DNA from: Clostridia bacterium | Lineage (GTDB): Bacteria; Bacillota; Clostridia; UBA1212; DUPL01 | Direction: 5' to 3' | DNA length: 64,000 bases | Assembly (NCBI GenBank): GCA_050951325.1 | Contig: JBMNIW010000004.1 | Span: 32,001-96,000, forward strand | Part shown: positions 29,314 to 39,496 of the stretch, one piece after another | Numbering within the stretch: position 1 is the first letter of the stretch | How the letters are laid out: each line of letters starts with the position of its first letter | Translations under genes and position numbers: made by a program | Notes under the pieces: generated by a model | The model's input: only the letters and a program-made list of their open reading frames with translations | What the model was told of the DNA's origin: nothing | Databases searched by the model: none

Positions 29314-30194
29314 TGAAAATCTCTTTGTACTTCTATACAATCTCCCAATATCTGAAATGCCTTTCCGTTATACAGGAAGCGGACTTTGTATACCTTCCCT
29401 ATGAGTACTTTTTGTCAGGAAGTACAAAATCCAAGGGAAAAACAGTCTATGTGGCTGGACCCGACAGTACAATTAGCTACAATGCGGAAGACCTGTCCAG
29501 GGAAAAATACTTCATGACTTTCCCATATATTCTAAAAGGAAAAACGAAAACCAGATTCATAAACGACTTTGGTGCAAACACTCTTTGCAGGCACAGCTAT
29601 TTATTGCAGAACCTTGGCGACATAACCGCACTGCAGGATTTGTGTAAAAGTCATGATTACAACATCCATGCGGACTACAGCTTCAATGTACAGAATACAA
29701 AAACCATGGATGTATTGTATGACATGGGTTTCAAGTCAGTTACCCTATCCCCCGAACTTGCAACTGATAAACTTTTGAATCTTTCAACACATGCAGAATC
29801 CGACTTTCTGGTTAATGAGAAATATACCGAAACAGTGTGCTATGGTAGAATAATACTAATGAGAAGCGAGCACTGCTATCTATCCGATGAGAAAGGCTAC
29901 AAATGTGGAAAGTGCATAACTGACGACGAGTACAGTCTGAAGGATGACAATGGAAATGTATATCCGGTTCTGTCCAATCCAACAGATTGCAGAAGCATCC
30001 TTCTTGACAGGGCGCCCTACATGATAAAGAACACTGATTTTCTTGAAAAAATGAGAAACATGAGGTCCACTATTCTAAGACTTAACATATATGATGAGGA
30101 TGCCAGTACAATCTCAGCATTAATAAAATATTTCAAATACGGTCTGTCCAGCAGTGAAACTGACAGAATAAAACCTTATTGCGGAAGAAATTAG
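29310..30194 (+). CDS. C-terminal U32-like domain normally fused to the preceding protein
   Basis: ADYSFNV.N, VTLSPEL, YGRI.LM.SEHC and LKD..G..YPV motifs typical of long clostridial U32 C-termini. Confidence 0.7.
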   Translation: MMKISLYFYTISQYLKCLSVIQEADFVYLPYEYFLSGSTKSKGKTVYVAGPDSTISYNAEDLSREKYFMTFPYILKGKTKTRFINDFGANTLCRHSYLLQNLGDITALQDLCKSHDYNIHADYSFNVQNTKTMDVLYDMGFKSVTLSPELATDKLLNLSTHAESDFLVNEKYTETVCYGRIILMRSEHCYLSDEKGYKCGKCITDDEYSLKDDNGNVYPVLSNPTDCRSILLDRAPYMIKNTDFLEKMRNMRSTILRLNIYDEDASTISALIKYFKYGLSSSETDRIKPYCGRN

Positions 30195-30203
30195 GAGGTA
30201 CCA

Positions 30204-30653
30204 ATGAGAGAAAAAATTGAAGTTTATGTGGAAAGATGCAGAGACGACGTCATTCTGCCTACATATGCAAACAAATATGATGCTGGCATGGATATTCGTA
30301 GCTGTGTAGATATTACTATAAAGCCAAATGAAACGGTAATTGTTCCTACCGGTCTCAAGTTTGCCATACCTGAAGGGTACGAAATACAGGTGCGTCCCCG
30401 CTCCGGTTTGTCGTACAAAACTCCACTCAGAATTTCAAACGCACCCGGTACAATTGATGCAGGCTATAGGGATGAAGTTGGCATTATTGTCACAAACATA
30501 TCGCAAACAGAAACTATTGAAATAAAAAAGAACGACAGGATTGCCCAAATCGTTCTTCAAAGAGTTCCTGAAATTGTTTTCAGGGAAGTTGATGATGTTT
30601 CAAAAATCGGCTTCAACAGGGGCGGAGGCTTTGGCTCAACAGGTAAAGAATAG
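30204..30653 (+). CDS. dut: dUTP diphosphatase
   Basis: AGMDI, QVRPRSGL, GTIDAGYR, RIAQ and RGGGFGSTG motifs. Confidence 0.96.
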   Translation: MREKIEVYVERCRDDVILPTYANKYDAGMDIRSCVDITIKPNETVIVPTGLKFAIPEGYEIQVRPRSGLSYKTPLRISNAPGTIDAGYRDEVGIIVTNISQTETIEIKKNDRIAQIVLQRVPEIVFREVDDVSKIGFNRGGGFGSTGKE

Positions 30654-30664
30654 GAGGAATTTTA

Positions 30665-31141
30665 ATGGAATTCAGATGTGCCATAGGACAGGATTCTCAT
30701 AGATTTTCTGATAAAAAAAACAAGCCTCTTGTTCTGGGAGGCATAGAATTTGAAGGAAAACCTCTTCTTGCCAACAGTGACGGCGATGTGGTCCTGCATG
30801 CAGTTACAAACGCAATCTCAGGCATAACAGGTGTTAATATTCTGGGAGATATTGCTGATAGCATGTGCCAGCAAGGTATAACCGATTCAAAGGAGTATTT
30901 GAAAGAAGCTTTGAAATATCTTGATTGGGAGATTGTAAACCTTTCAATCTCCATTGAGTGCAAAATTCCTAAAATATCGCCAAGAATCAAGGAAATGAAA
31001 TTATCAATTGCTAGTCTTTTAAATATATCTGAAAACAGAATAGGAATAACAGCTACAACTGGAGAAGGCCTTACCGCATTCGGGCAAGGCCTTGGTATTC
31101 AGGTTTTCTGTATACTTACCGTAAAACGATCATTGTCTTGA
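30665..31141 (+). CDS. ispF: 2-C-methyl-D-erythritol 2,4-cyclodiphosphate synthase
   Basis: IGQDSHRF, SDGDVVLHA and ATTGEGL motifs. Confidence 0.92.
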   Translation: MEFRCAIGQDSHRFSDKKNKPLVLGGIEFEGKPLLANSDGDVVLHAVTNAISGITGVNILGDIADSMCQQGITDSKEYLKEALKYLDWEIVNLSISIECKIPKISPRIKEMKLSIASLLNISENRIGITATTGEGLTAFGQGLGIQVFCILTVKRSLS

Positions 31142-32002
31142 CGGGAACATATCCTCTTTCATTTCTATGAATACGCTAAACACAAAGTTTATATACGGGA
31201 AGATGATAGCGAGTTTCATTATCCAGTTCAAGAACAGTGCGAATATTGCATAACCGGCAGAACCTCTACCATAATTCAAAGCCAGCATTATCACTTCAGA
31301 AATGCCTATTGCAAATATGAAAAGTGTTGCTCGCGGCATTAGATACCAGCAGTATCCGTTAACCATCCTTAAGGCAACAAGCACTCCTCCTCGCTTGAAT
31401 CCAATGATTCCAGGCACTGAAAACGACCAGTACATTACATAGAAAACGAGGGCAAAATACAATAGCATTACTGTAAGGATAATCAAAAGCATCATCTGGA
31501 AAAATATTCTTGAATCACCCGCAAAGAATATTTTTATGGACATGATTGCAGGAACCACCGTATATGCCATTAATACGATGAATATAATCGTAAAGAGTAC
31601 AAAAAAGATAAACAGTAGACTCATTTTAATAAAGTGTCTGTTAATTCCGCTTTTGAAATCTCCTTTTTTAGGCTTATACCCAAGTACGGATAAATACAGA
31701 ACCTGTGCATATCCGGAGAAAAACACTGCAAATATGCTGGCACATGCACTTATAAGCAATATGAAAACAATTATGCTGGTAACCATTATACCTGGGGTCG
31801 CTGCACTCGCTTTTACATCCTGTGCAAACTTTGCAAGGTTCTCCATGTAATCCAATGTTATCAAAGTTTTAAGCGAACCATACTTCTCTACAAAAGGGTT
31901 GAACTGCTCGATTATGCACAACAAAAGTGTTGCAATTGCTGGAAATATTAATATTAAAGGTCTGTTCCTTACCCTTGCGAAGGCCTCCCTTAGTGTCTTC
32001 AT
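31130..32002 (-). CDS. Hypothetical multi-pass membrane protein
   Basis: About 6-7 hydrophobic segments; GGAGG RBS; own TTGCCA-17-TATAAT promoter overlapping the pyrH end. Confidence 0.7.
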   Translation of the reverse strand: MKTLREAFARVRNRPLILIFPAIATLLLCIIEQFNPFVEKYGSLKTLITLDYMENLAKFAQDVKASAATPGIMVTSIIVFILLISACASIFAVFFSGYAQVLYLSVLGYKPKKGDFKSGINRHFIKMSLLFIFFVLFTIIFIVLMAYTVVPAIMSIKIFFAGDSRIFFQMMLLIILTVMLLYFALVFYVMYWSFSVPGIIGFKRGGVLVALRMVNGYCWYLMPRATLFIFAIGISEVIMLALNYGRGSAGYAIFALFLNWIMKLAIIFPYINFVFSVFIEMKEDMFPSRQ

Positions 32003-32081
32003 AAAAACCTCCATTCATGCCCTGGCGGGCACATAATATTATTACAATGCAGACCGTAAAATATTATACCACTTGCGCAAA

Positions 32082-32810
32082 TTATTGGCAACTGTCAGCG
32101 GACCAGGAAACTATGGTTCCTATTTTTTCTCCACATACCGCCCTTACCATGTTGTATGGGTCCTTTATCGCAAATACATGGATTACTATGTTGTTGTCCA
32201 TGCACAGGGAAGTTGCAGTGGAATCCATTACTCCCAATCCCTTGTTCAAAACGTCCGTGTAATTTATATGCTCATACTTCACAGCATTGTCATTCATGTT
32301 CGGATCGCAGTTGTAAACGCCATCCACATTCTTTGCAAGGAGTATCACGTCGGCGTCAATTTCCACAGCTCTCAAAGCTGCAGCTGTATCTGTAGTAAAG
32401 AAAGGATTTCCAGTACCGCATCCGAAGATAACGACTCTTCCCTTCTCCAAATGTCTTGTTGCTCTGTTTCTGATATATGGCTCTGCAATCTGTTTCATTT
32501 CGATTGCTGTCTGTACTCTTACGGTAACACCCAATTTTTCTAGATTGTCAGCCAGAGCCAGTGAATTTATTACCGTAGCAAGCATTCCCATATGATCCGC
32601 ACGGGTTCTGTCCATTTTCTTGCTTTTAGCACCTCTCCAGAAGTTTCCTCCTCCCACCACCAGTGCAACATCCACGCCCATATCCTGTATCCTCTTTATA
32701 TTCAAGCAGACCTCATTTAAAGTATCCTCATTTATCCCAAACTTGTCTGGTCCTGCCAATGCTTCTCCACTGATTTTAATCAGCACTCTTTTGTAAATCG
32801 GTTCCTGCAT
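32082..32810 (-). CDS. pyrH: UMP kinase
   Basis: [30 protein letters not shown] and GNPFFTTDT motifs. Confidence 0.97.
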   Translation of the reverse strand: MQEPIYKRVLIKISGEALAGPDKFGINEDTLNEVCLNIKRIQDMGVDVALVVGGGNFWRGAKSKKMDRTRADHMGMLATVINSLALADNLEKLGVTVRVQTAIEMKQIAEPYIRNRATRHLEKGRVVIFGCGTGNPFFTTDTAAALRAVEIDADVILLAKNVDGVYNCDPNMNDNAVKYEHINYTDVLNKGLGVMDSTATSLCMDNNIVIHVFAIKDPYNMVRAVCGEKIGTIVSWSADSCQ

Positions 32811-32835
32811 GAAATATTCCTCCTTGTTTACATAT

Positions 32836-32860
32836 AAAAAAAGGGGAACAAAAGTCCCCA
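32836..32860 (-). terminator. Terminator between tsf and pyrH
   Basis: GGGGAC-TTTT-GTTCCCC-TTTTTTT on the minus strand. Confidence 0.65.
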
Positions 32861-32866
32861 ATATTT

Positions 32867-33514
32867 TTATTGTATTTGCTTCATTACTTCCTCAGCAAAG
32901 TTCTCTTCCTTCTTCTCAAGCCCTTCGCCTCTTTCATATCTTGCAAAACGCCTTATTGAAATTTTTTCTCCAATTGTTGCAATCATTTCTGTTACAACGT
33001 CTTTTACCTTTTTGTCAGGATCCTTTACGAAAGCCTGCTCAAGCAAGCATATTTCCTCAAAATATTTGGAAATTCTGCCGTCAACAATCTTGTCAACGAT
33101 TTTTTCAGGTTTGCCTTCATTGATGGCCTGTGCTTTAAGAATAGCTTTTTCCTTTTCTACTACTTCGGCAGGTACATCCTCAACAGATACATATTGTGGA
33201 TTTGAAGCAGCTATGTGCATAGCGATATCTCTTACAAAATCCTTGAACATGTCGTTCCTGGCTACAAAGTCAGTCTCGCAGTTGACTTCAACCAGAACAC
33301 CTATTCTTCCTCCACCATGAATGTATGCATCAACAAGACCTTCTGTTGCTGTTCTACCTTGTTTCTTTGCAGCAGTTGCAAGACCCTTTTCTCTTAAAAT
33401 CTCAACCGCCTTGTCCATATCTCCGTTTGCCTCAACCAAGGCATTCTTGCAATCCATCATGCCTGCCTGAGTGCGCTCGCGCAACTCCTTAACCATTGCA
33501 GCAGTTATTGTCAT
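32867..33514 (-). CDS. tsf: Elongation factor Ts (short form)
   Basis: [15 protein letters not shown] and [10 protein letters not shown] motifs. Confidence 0.97.
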   Translation of the reverse strand: MTITAAMVKELRERTQAGMMDCKNALVEANGDMDKAVEILREKGLATAAKKQGRTATEGLVDAYIHGGGRIGVLVEVNCETDFVARNDMFKDFVRDIAMHIAASNPQYVSVEDVPAEVVEKEKAILKAQAINEGKPEKIVDKIVDGRISKYFEEICLLEQAFVKDPDKKVKDVVTEMIATIGEKISIRRFARYERGEGLEKKEENFAEEVMKQIQ

Positions 33515-33532
33515 TCCTATACCCCCTTAGTA

Positions 33533-34360
33533 TTATTCTTCCGACTTAGCTGTATCTTCTTCAGCTTCGTCTGCAACTTCTATCTCATCCTGAGGTTCTT
33601 CAACATCTGCAACCTCTTCAACTTCAGTATGTTCCAAAGAGTCGTCTTCTTCAACTTCAGCGTCTTTAGCAAAAGATACCCCTTGTCTTCCTTCCAAAAC
33701 AGCATCGGCCATTGTTGAAGCAATCAATTTTACCGCTCTAATAGCATCGTCATTGCCTGGGATTACATAATCCACTTCGTCAGGATCGCAGTTTGTGTCA
33801 ACGATTGCCACTACTGGTATACCCAGTTTTCTAGCTTCCAATACTGCATTTTTCTCAACTCTTGGGTCAACTACAAAAATAGCTGATGGGAGTTTGTCCA
33901 GTCCCTTGATACCACCTAGGTTCTTCTCGAGCTTGTCTCTCTCTTGTTTCAGTTTGACAACTTCTTTCTTTGGAAGACGTTCAAAAAGCCCCTTCTCTTC
34001 CATTTCGTTAAGCTGATGCAATTTTTCAATTCTTTTTCTGATTGTTTTGAAGTTTGTAAGTGTACCACCAAGCCATCTGTTGTTTACATAGTACATGTCG
34101 CATCTTGTAGCTTCCTCATATATGGAATCTCTTGCCTGCTTCTTGGTACCTACGAAAAGAACTGTTCCGCCATTTCTGGCTACATCAACAAGGAAATAAT
34201 AGGCTTCATCAATCATCTTCACAGTCTTCTGCAAATCTATGATATAGATTCCGTTTCTTTCTGTAAAAATGTACTCAGCCATTTTGGGGTTCCATCTCCT
34301 GGTCTGATGACCAAAATGAACACCCGCTTCAAGTAATTGTTTCATTGAAATAACTGACAT
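33533..34360 (-). CDS. rpsB: 30S ribosomal protein S2 with acidic C-terminal tail
   Basis: [19 protein letters not shown] and PGNDDAIRA motifs. Confidence 0.98.
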   Translation of the reverse strand: MSVISMKQLLEAGVHFGHQTRRWNPKMAEYIFTERNGIYIIDLQKTVKMIDEAYYFLVDVARNGGTVLFVGTKKQARDSIYEEATRCDMYYVNNRWLGGTLTNFKTIRKRIEKLHQLNEMEEKGLFERLPKKEVVKLKQERDKLEKNLGGIKGLDKLPSAIFVVDPRVEKNAVLEARKLGIPVVAIVDTNCDPDEVDYVIPGNDDAIRAVKLIASTMADAVLEGRQGVSFAKDAEVEEDDSLEHTEVEEVADVEEPQDEIEVADEAEEDTAKSEE

Positions 34361-34364
34361 AAAT

Positions 34365-34470
34365 AATTTATCCTCCTTTTGTTTTAACTTCCGGCATCTT
34401 CAACTCGCTCAAGAGATCCATGTGTTCAGAATCCAACCTTAGCGAATCAGACAACCGTGATTATTTTTTT
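34365..34470 (-). ncRNA. Probable S2 (rpsB) leader structured RNA
   Basis: About 110-nt 5'UTR with complementary segments (TCGCTAAG...TTGAGCGA); S2 autoregulatory leaders are known at this position. Confidence 0.4.
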
Positions 34471-34481
34471 ATAACTATCGC

Positions 34482-34510
34482 ATTATACCAGATATCGTTT
34501 AGCATTGCAA
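34482..34510 (-). promoter_or_regulatory. sigmaA promoter for rpsB
   Basis: TTGCAA-17-TATAAT with extended -10 TG. Confidence 0.7.
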
Positions 34511-34685
34511 CATCATTTTTACCCTATACAACGGATAATGCATTGCAAATATATATCAATAAGAAGATAAACAGTTAGCATTATACTCAAAATATCAAAA
34601 CTCAAATTGTAATGCTTTCTGTTTTTTGCCTTTTACTACTTCCAAAAATATATTTAATATTGCAAAACCCCTAATAATCGCTCTT

Positions 34686-35069
34686 TTACTTAACCCTAAA
34701 TATTGAACCCTCTCTAATATAACCCAGTTTCTCATAATATGAATCGACATCGCTCATAACATAGACCGGCTGATCAGGAAAGTCTTGGCATACCCGCTCC
34801 ATTATGCATTTCCCAATCTTTCTTCCCCGATACGTTTTTCTGACCAGCAAATCATATATATAAACGCCAAATCCATCATCTTCACGACAGCGTGCATAAC
34901 CGCACACAACATTCTCATCACAAGCAATATATGTGATGCTTGATTCAAGCGCCTTGATGTATTTGCTGCGGCCATTTTTGCCGTGATAATCTATCCATTC
35001 GTCACCCTCATCCATGAGCAAGTCAAAAAGCGCTTCTTCATCGGTTTTACTGTAGTGCCTGATTTTCAT
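34686..35069 (-). CDS. GNAT family N-acetyltransferase
   Basis: LLVRKTYRGRKIG acetyl-CoA motif and YYEKLGY. Confidence 0.88.
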   Translation of the reverse strand: MKIRHYSKTDEEALFDLLMDEGDEWIDYHGKNGRSKYIKALESSITYIACDENVVCGYARCREDDGFGVYIYDLLVRKTYRGRKIGKCIMERVCQDFPDQPVYVMSDVDSYYEKLGYIREGSIFRVK

Positions 35070-35159
35070 GGCGAAAACTCCTCCAGATGTGCAGCATTAA
35101 AACACTATGTACCCATATTATACTATTTTTTTCATTGTGTTAATATTGTTTTGGTCAAA

Positions 35160-37838
35160 TCATTGCCAAGGCACATATACCGCATCTATTTCAGCAAACC
35201 CCGTGGACAAGTTGGTTTTTTGTATTGAAATTGCATGGGTACCTTCTGTTAGTGGAACAAAAACTTCAACATAAGTCTCATCATCAAAAACTCCCCATCC
35301 CAAATCCGTCTTCTTGTAATTGACAACTGCTGCCTTCTTTCCATTAACAAACAAATCATGACTTGCATCTCCAAAAAATGCTGCATAGTATATTCTGAAA
35401 CAATACATATTATTCTCAGAAACATGAATCTTAAAAGCTATTCCATCTCCAGCTTTATCAATTCCACCTACATGGCTTCCTCTATTATTGGCGTTTCCCA
35501 ATACAATTGAATGTTCAGCCTCCCATCTGTATGCGAAAACTTCACTTTTTCCATCAAACTCAAGACTTTTTATCTTTACCGAAGACACATCTCCTTTAAA
35601 CTCCACTCTGTTGTACATGTTTTGCATTATTGGAAGCGGCAGCGAGAAATATTCCTCACCCTTGTATAAGGAAACACTATCAACAATTTCCCCATTTACA
35701 AGAACATCAATACTTGAATCCTTCTCCACATCGCACCTTATCAATCCTGTATATTTGCCAAGAGGCAATGCACCAAGCCTTGCATTTTCGTCATTTTTGT
35801 CAACAGGTGCAACCACAGTGTCAAAAACATTAAAATCGGGCTCATACAAAACCTTTTCTTTACCGTACCAGGGCATTAGTGAAGCCCTTAACCTGGCAAA
35901 ACCATAAGGTATTAGTCTAATTTTAACCTCTTTGCCATGTTCCGAAACAGGACTTATCGGCAATGTGGATGCACCCTTTATCCTGTCATCATATTCCCAG
36001 GACTCCACAATTGCTCCCTTTGCCTCAATTTCAATCGGAACACTGACTGATTTAAACACAAGATTGTCATAGTCATATCGTTTTTTTCTCTTTACCTTAA
36101 AACCTTCACTTAAATTCAGTGCATAGTTCCAATTGCTTTTTGGCGTTATGTTGTAGGAAGAATACTTTTCAGGAATCTTCCAGTCGGTTGACACATAAGA
36201 AATCTTTTCCCAGTTTTCCTCGATAAACAAGCAGAAAACAAGAGGTCCGTATGTAACCCCAACACTGTTATTCTGCATGAACTTTGTCCTTATCTTCATC
36301 GGCAGTACGATCTTAACCTCGTCCCCGGACTTCCACTCTGCCTCAAGCCTTACAAATGAACCCTCTTTACAACTACCCTTGAAGTCTCCATTTACATATA
36401 TTTTAGCTTCATCACACCATGAGGGAATCCTAATGTACAGAGGCCATGTCTCCTCGTTATCCGCCTCGATTTTTAATAATATGCTGTCTTCAAAAGGATA
36501 ATTGGTTTTCTGCGTTATCATCACATTTGTATTATTACCAACCTGGGCTTTTACAGCATTTGGAGCATATGCAAACGCTAAAAGCCCGCTATCACTTGTT
36601 CTGAACCACAAGTTGGATGCAAAAAGCGGCCAACCCATATGGAAGTTGTGTATGCAGCAGGGATACCCGCCAGGTGTTCCATACACAGATCTGTCTCCAC
36701 CGTCTGAAGAAAAGCCATGATACCCCAAGGTTGCTTCTATCTGATTCTGCATGGTGAAATATACCTGCCCAGTTATTTCTGGTGTAAGCTGTGACGGCAG
36801 TGCATTGAAGCAAACCTTTTCAAGGCTGTCGCCTATCCTTGGGTCTTTCAAATATCTGAATGCTACAATGTCGCTGAACATCTGCTCAACAACAGCACAG
36901 GTTTCCGTTCCTCTTGTCGCCTCAATATCTCCTGACATTTCATCACCATTTGACATTCCATCTATTCTACCGCTAGTCCTGAACAGATTCCGAACTCCTG
37001 AATAATATGTATCCACATAAGTTTTATCTCCTGTCATTCCAAACATAAGCGGAAACAATTTAAAGCTTTGATGGGTGTTGACTATGTGTCCCCAATTCCC
37101 CTTTTCGTAGGCAGACTTCCAATTATCAGCCTGGTTATACAAAAGGTTGCACAAATCGACAAGGTACGATTCCTTCGTTTTATCATACAGCCATTTAGCC
37201 GCATATATGTTGTCACCAGCTCTAGCCTTTCCCCAATCCCTCAATGGATCTTTCTTCAATGCATCCAGCTGGAATCTGAAATATGCATCCAAAAAGCCAA
37301 TTACCCTTTCATCTTCTGTGGCATCATAATATTCTGTTAATGCTATAAGCATGGGCATCATTGCCCAGTAGTCAAAATCCGGCATGCCTGCCTTGGGTCC
37401 TGCCTGTCCATTATCAATCTGACTTTCTATCACCCAGTCTATCCACTTTTGCACTTTTTCTTTAAGTGAGTCATCATCAAGGGCGTATGCAAGATAAACA
37501 AGACCTCTTACGTAATACGGGCCTCTTTCCCAGCTTTCCCCACTACCTCCAAGCCAACCAGAACGATCATCTCCGGTGGTTTTCACATCCGGAGATATGT
37601 CCTCAAACTCTCCAGTAATATTCTTCTTCTGCAAAAGGAGCTGGTTTAAAAGCCAGCCCTTTGCCTCAATATCGCCCAAAGGAATGGGCGAAAGCACTAT
37701 ACTATCCAAATTATGCATGGAAAAACTAACCTCTCTATTGTCTTTATTTATAAACAAGACCAAAATCAAGGATACACTTAAAACACAGATTATCAAAACT
37801 AAAAGAGTTTTAGTTTTTATGCCCTTTTTTTTTAACAA
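35160..37838 (-). CDS. GH127/GH146-like beta-L-arabinofuranosidase family glycoside hydrolase with N-terminal TM and C-terminal CBM6/35-like domain
   Basis: WERGPYY, GTETC.VVE, YPCC..N.HMGWP, T.YPF, RIPSW and LIPYG.ARLR motifs; the start is doubtful (see findings). Confidence 0.85.
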   Translation of the reverse strand: MLKKKGIKTKTLLVLIICVLSVSLILVLFINKDNREVSFSMHNLDSIVLSPIPLGDIEAKGWLLNQLLLQKKNITGEFEDISPDVKTTGDDRSGWLGGSGESWERGPYYVRGLVYLAYALDDDSLKEKVQKWIDWVIESQIDNGQAGPKAGMPDFDYWAMMPMLIALTEYYDATEDERVIGFLDAYFRFQLDALKKDPLRDWGKARAGDNIYAAKWLYDKTKESYLVDLCNLLYNQADNWKSAYEKGNWGHIVNTHQSFKLFPLMFGMTGDKTYVDTYYSGVRNLFRTSGRIDGMSNGDEMSGDIEATRGTETCAVVEQMFSDIVAFRYLKDPRIGDSLEKVCFNALPSQLTPEITGQVYFTMQNQIEATLGYHGFSSDGGDRSVYGTPGGYPCCIHNFHMGWPLFASNLWFRTSDSGLLAFAYAPNAVKAQVGNNTNVMITQKTNYPFEDSILLKIEADNEETWPLYIRIPSWCDEAKIYVNGDFKGSCKEGSFVRLEAEWKSGDEVKIVLPMKIRTKFMQNNSVGVTYGPLVFCLFIEENWEKISYVSTDWKIPEKYSSYNITPKSNWNYALNLSEGFKVKRKKRYDYDNLVFKSVSVPIEIEAKGAIVESWEYDDRIKGASTLPISPVSEHGKEVKIRLIPYGFARLRASLMPWYGKEKVLYEPDFNVFDTVVAPVDKNDENARLGALPLGKYTGLIRCDVEKDSSIDVLVNGEIVDSVSLYKGEEYFSLPLPIMQNMYNRVEFKGDVSSVKIKSLEFDGKSEVFAYRWEAEHSIVLGNANNRGSHVGGIDKAGDGIAFKIHVSENNMYCFRIYYAAFFGDASHDLFVNGKKAAVVNYKKTDLGWGVFDDETYVEVFVPLTEGTHAISIQKTNLSTGFAEIDAVYVPWQ

Positions 37839-38460
37839 TAAGGACTATCACGAGAGCAGCCAAAACAACAACTGCAGCAGGAACTACAACGAACAAAGTA
37901 TTGAAGGAATCTTTTTCCTCAGTAGTGGTTTCCTGTGTTTTTGTAGGTTTGGGCGCTTCTGTTTTAGTTGGAATTGGCGTTTCTGTTGGTTCCGGTGTAG
38001 GCTCCGGAGTGTACAAAGTAACGGGAATAAGTCTGATTGCGTCCAGTTCTGCAAACCCTTCATCCTCTTCCGTTTTTTCAAGCCTTAATGTACATACACC
38101 TGTCGGAAGTGTAACTTCTGTTTCCACATATACATCTTCTGAAAAGGTAGACCAACCCAGTTCAGACTGAGGATACATTATCCTTTCAATCTCCTCATCG
38201 TCAATAAATAGTGTGTGGGAATTGTTTCCCTCAAGGGCCGCCGCATAGTAGATTCTCAGCTTGTAAACACCCGGAGCGGTTGTCTCATCAAGAATAAATT
38301 CAACATATGCACCTGCATTGTCTATCTGCGCTACATGATCACCAGCATTGTTGCACATATAAATAGAAGCCAGTTCCGCCTCATACCTGTCTCCTTCTTC
38401 TGCATGGGCCAGAATTGAAAACATAAGGATTGCAATAATAAGTACAACTATCCTTTTCAT
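37810..38460 (-). CDS. Secreted CBM6/35-like domain protein with Pro/Thr linker and C-terminal TM
   Basis: Signal peptide ending AHA, YEAE start, PEPTPEPTETP linker, TM then KKK. Confidence 0.75.
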   Translation of the reverse strand: MKRIVVLIIAILMFSILAHAEEGDRYEAELASIYMCNNAGDHVAQIDNAGAYVEFILDETTAPGVYKLRIYYAAALEGNNSHTLFIDDEEIERIMYPQSELGWSTFSEDVYVETEVTLPTGVCTLRLEKTEEDEGFAELDAIRLIPVTLYTPEPTPEPTETPIPTKTEAPKPTKTQETTTEEKDSFNTLFVVVPAAVVVLAALVIVLIVKKKGHKN

Positions 38461-38555
38461 TTATCAACACCTCCATCAACTTATGTTAATTCTAGCATTA
38501 ATTCATTCTTCATGAAACTGCAGAAATTGGGAAAAATCGTGCAATTTCCGAACAG

Positions 38556-39353
38556 TTACATGTTTCTTGACATGCTTCTCCACTTGGAAGGCGCCATATT
38601 AAATGCCTTAACAAAATTCCTGTAAAATACTGAAACGTCCCCAAATCCCACATCGTAAGCTATTTTCTCAATGGAATAGTCCGTAGTACATAGTAATTTG
38701 CATGCCATCTCAAGTCTGATTTTTGCAAGATACTCAAGAGGTGCTATACCATATCTTTTTTTGAATATGCTTCTTGTGTAATCCTCGGAGAAGTTGACAA
38801 GCTCTGACAAAGTTTTGAGAGTTATGTGTGATTGATAATTCTTTCTCATGTAATCGAGCAAAACCGTACCTGCATTGCATTTGGGCTGTTCTATCTCATT
38901 TTCATAAAAGAACTGCAAGAAATCAAGAAACAGAGACTGCACTTCCAAAATGTCACTTGCACTGTCTAGATGAGCATAAGCAATTCTATCAAGATAGTTT
39001 CTATATACATGAACTTTACACTTTCCTCTTGTTGGCAGTATCAAGGTCTTTGCAGGAAAATATCCGGTATAATCAGAAACTTCCTGGGTGAAGTGGATGT
39101 AATAATATTTGGGGGTTTTACTGGGCCTCAAAGCGCTTTGATAGATGTTTGGTCTTTGTATGTAGAATTCGTCCTTGTTAAGTTCCACCTCTCTGCCGTT
39201 TTCAGTAAAATACAATTTTCCTTCCACCATTATTATTAAAATATACTCCATGTTTTTTCTTGTAATGTGCCACTCTCCCTCTTCAAACTCCCGAAAGGCA
39301 GATATCCTGAACATGGGATATGGGGGAATCTCAAGTTGTATAATATTTTCCAT
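38556..39353 (-). CDS. AraC family transcriptional regulator
   Basis: N-terminal cupin-like domain; C-terminal FKKRYG..P.EYL..IR and IAYDVGF....FYR.F HTH. Confidence 0.92.
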   Translation of the reverse strand: MENIIQLEIPPYPMFRISAFREFEEGEWHITRKNMEYILIIMVEGKLYFTENGREVELNKDEFYIQRPNIYQSALRPSKTPKYYYIHFTQEVSDYTGYFPAKTLILPTRGKCKVHVYRNYLDRIAYAHLDSASDILEVQSLFLDFLQFFYENEIEQPKCNAGTVLLDYMRKNYQSHITLKTLSELVNFSEDYTRSIFKKRYGIAPLEYLAKIRLEMACKLLCTTDYSIEKIAYDVGFGDVSVFYRNFVKAFNMAPSKWRSMSRNM

Positions 39354-39434
39354 ACATTTCCTCCAATGTTCCGAATTATATACATTTCTTTTTAATATTA
39401 TACCATATTCTTTCATATTTTTTGTCATAGCATG

Positions 39435-39463
39435 TTTACATTTCCATCATTATAACATATAAT
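39435..39463 (+). promoter_or_regulatory. sigmaA promoter for the CBM9-like gene
   Basis: TTTACA-17-TATAAT. Confidence 0.6.
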
Positions 39464-39496
39464 CTAACTGTTAATACCGATATGGAGGAGATACAT

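Noticed and set aside
32867-33514. Short 215-aa EF-Ts as a possible truncation
   Set aside because: The short form is a known complete EF-Ts type, with intact N- and C-terminal motifs here
33533-33665. Repetitive GAA-rich sequence at the rpsB 3' end
   Set aside because: Encodes the common acidic S2 tail; not a DNA repeat array
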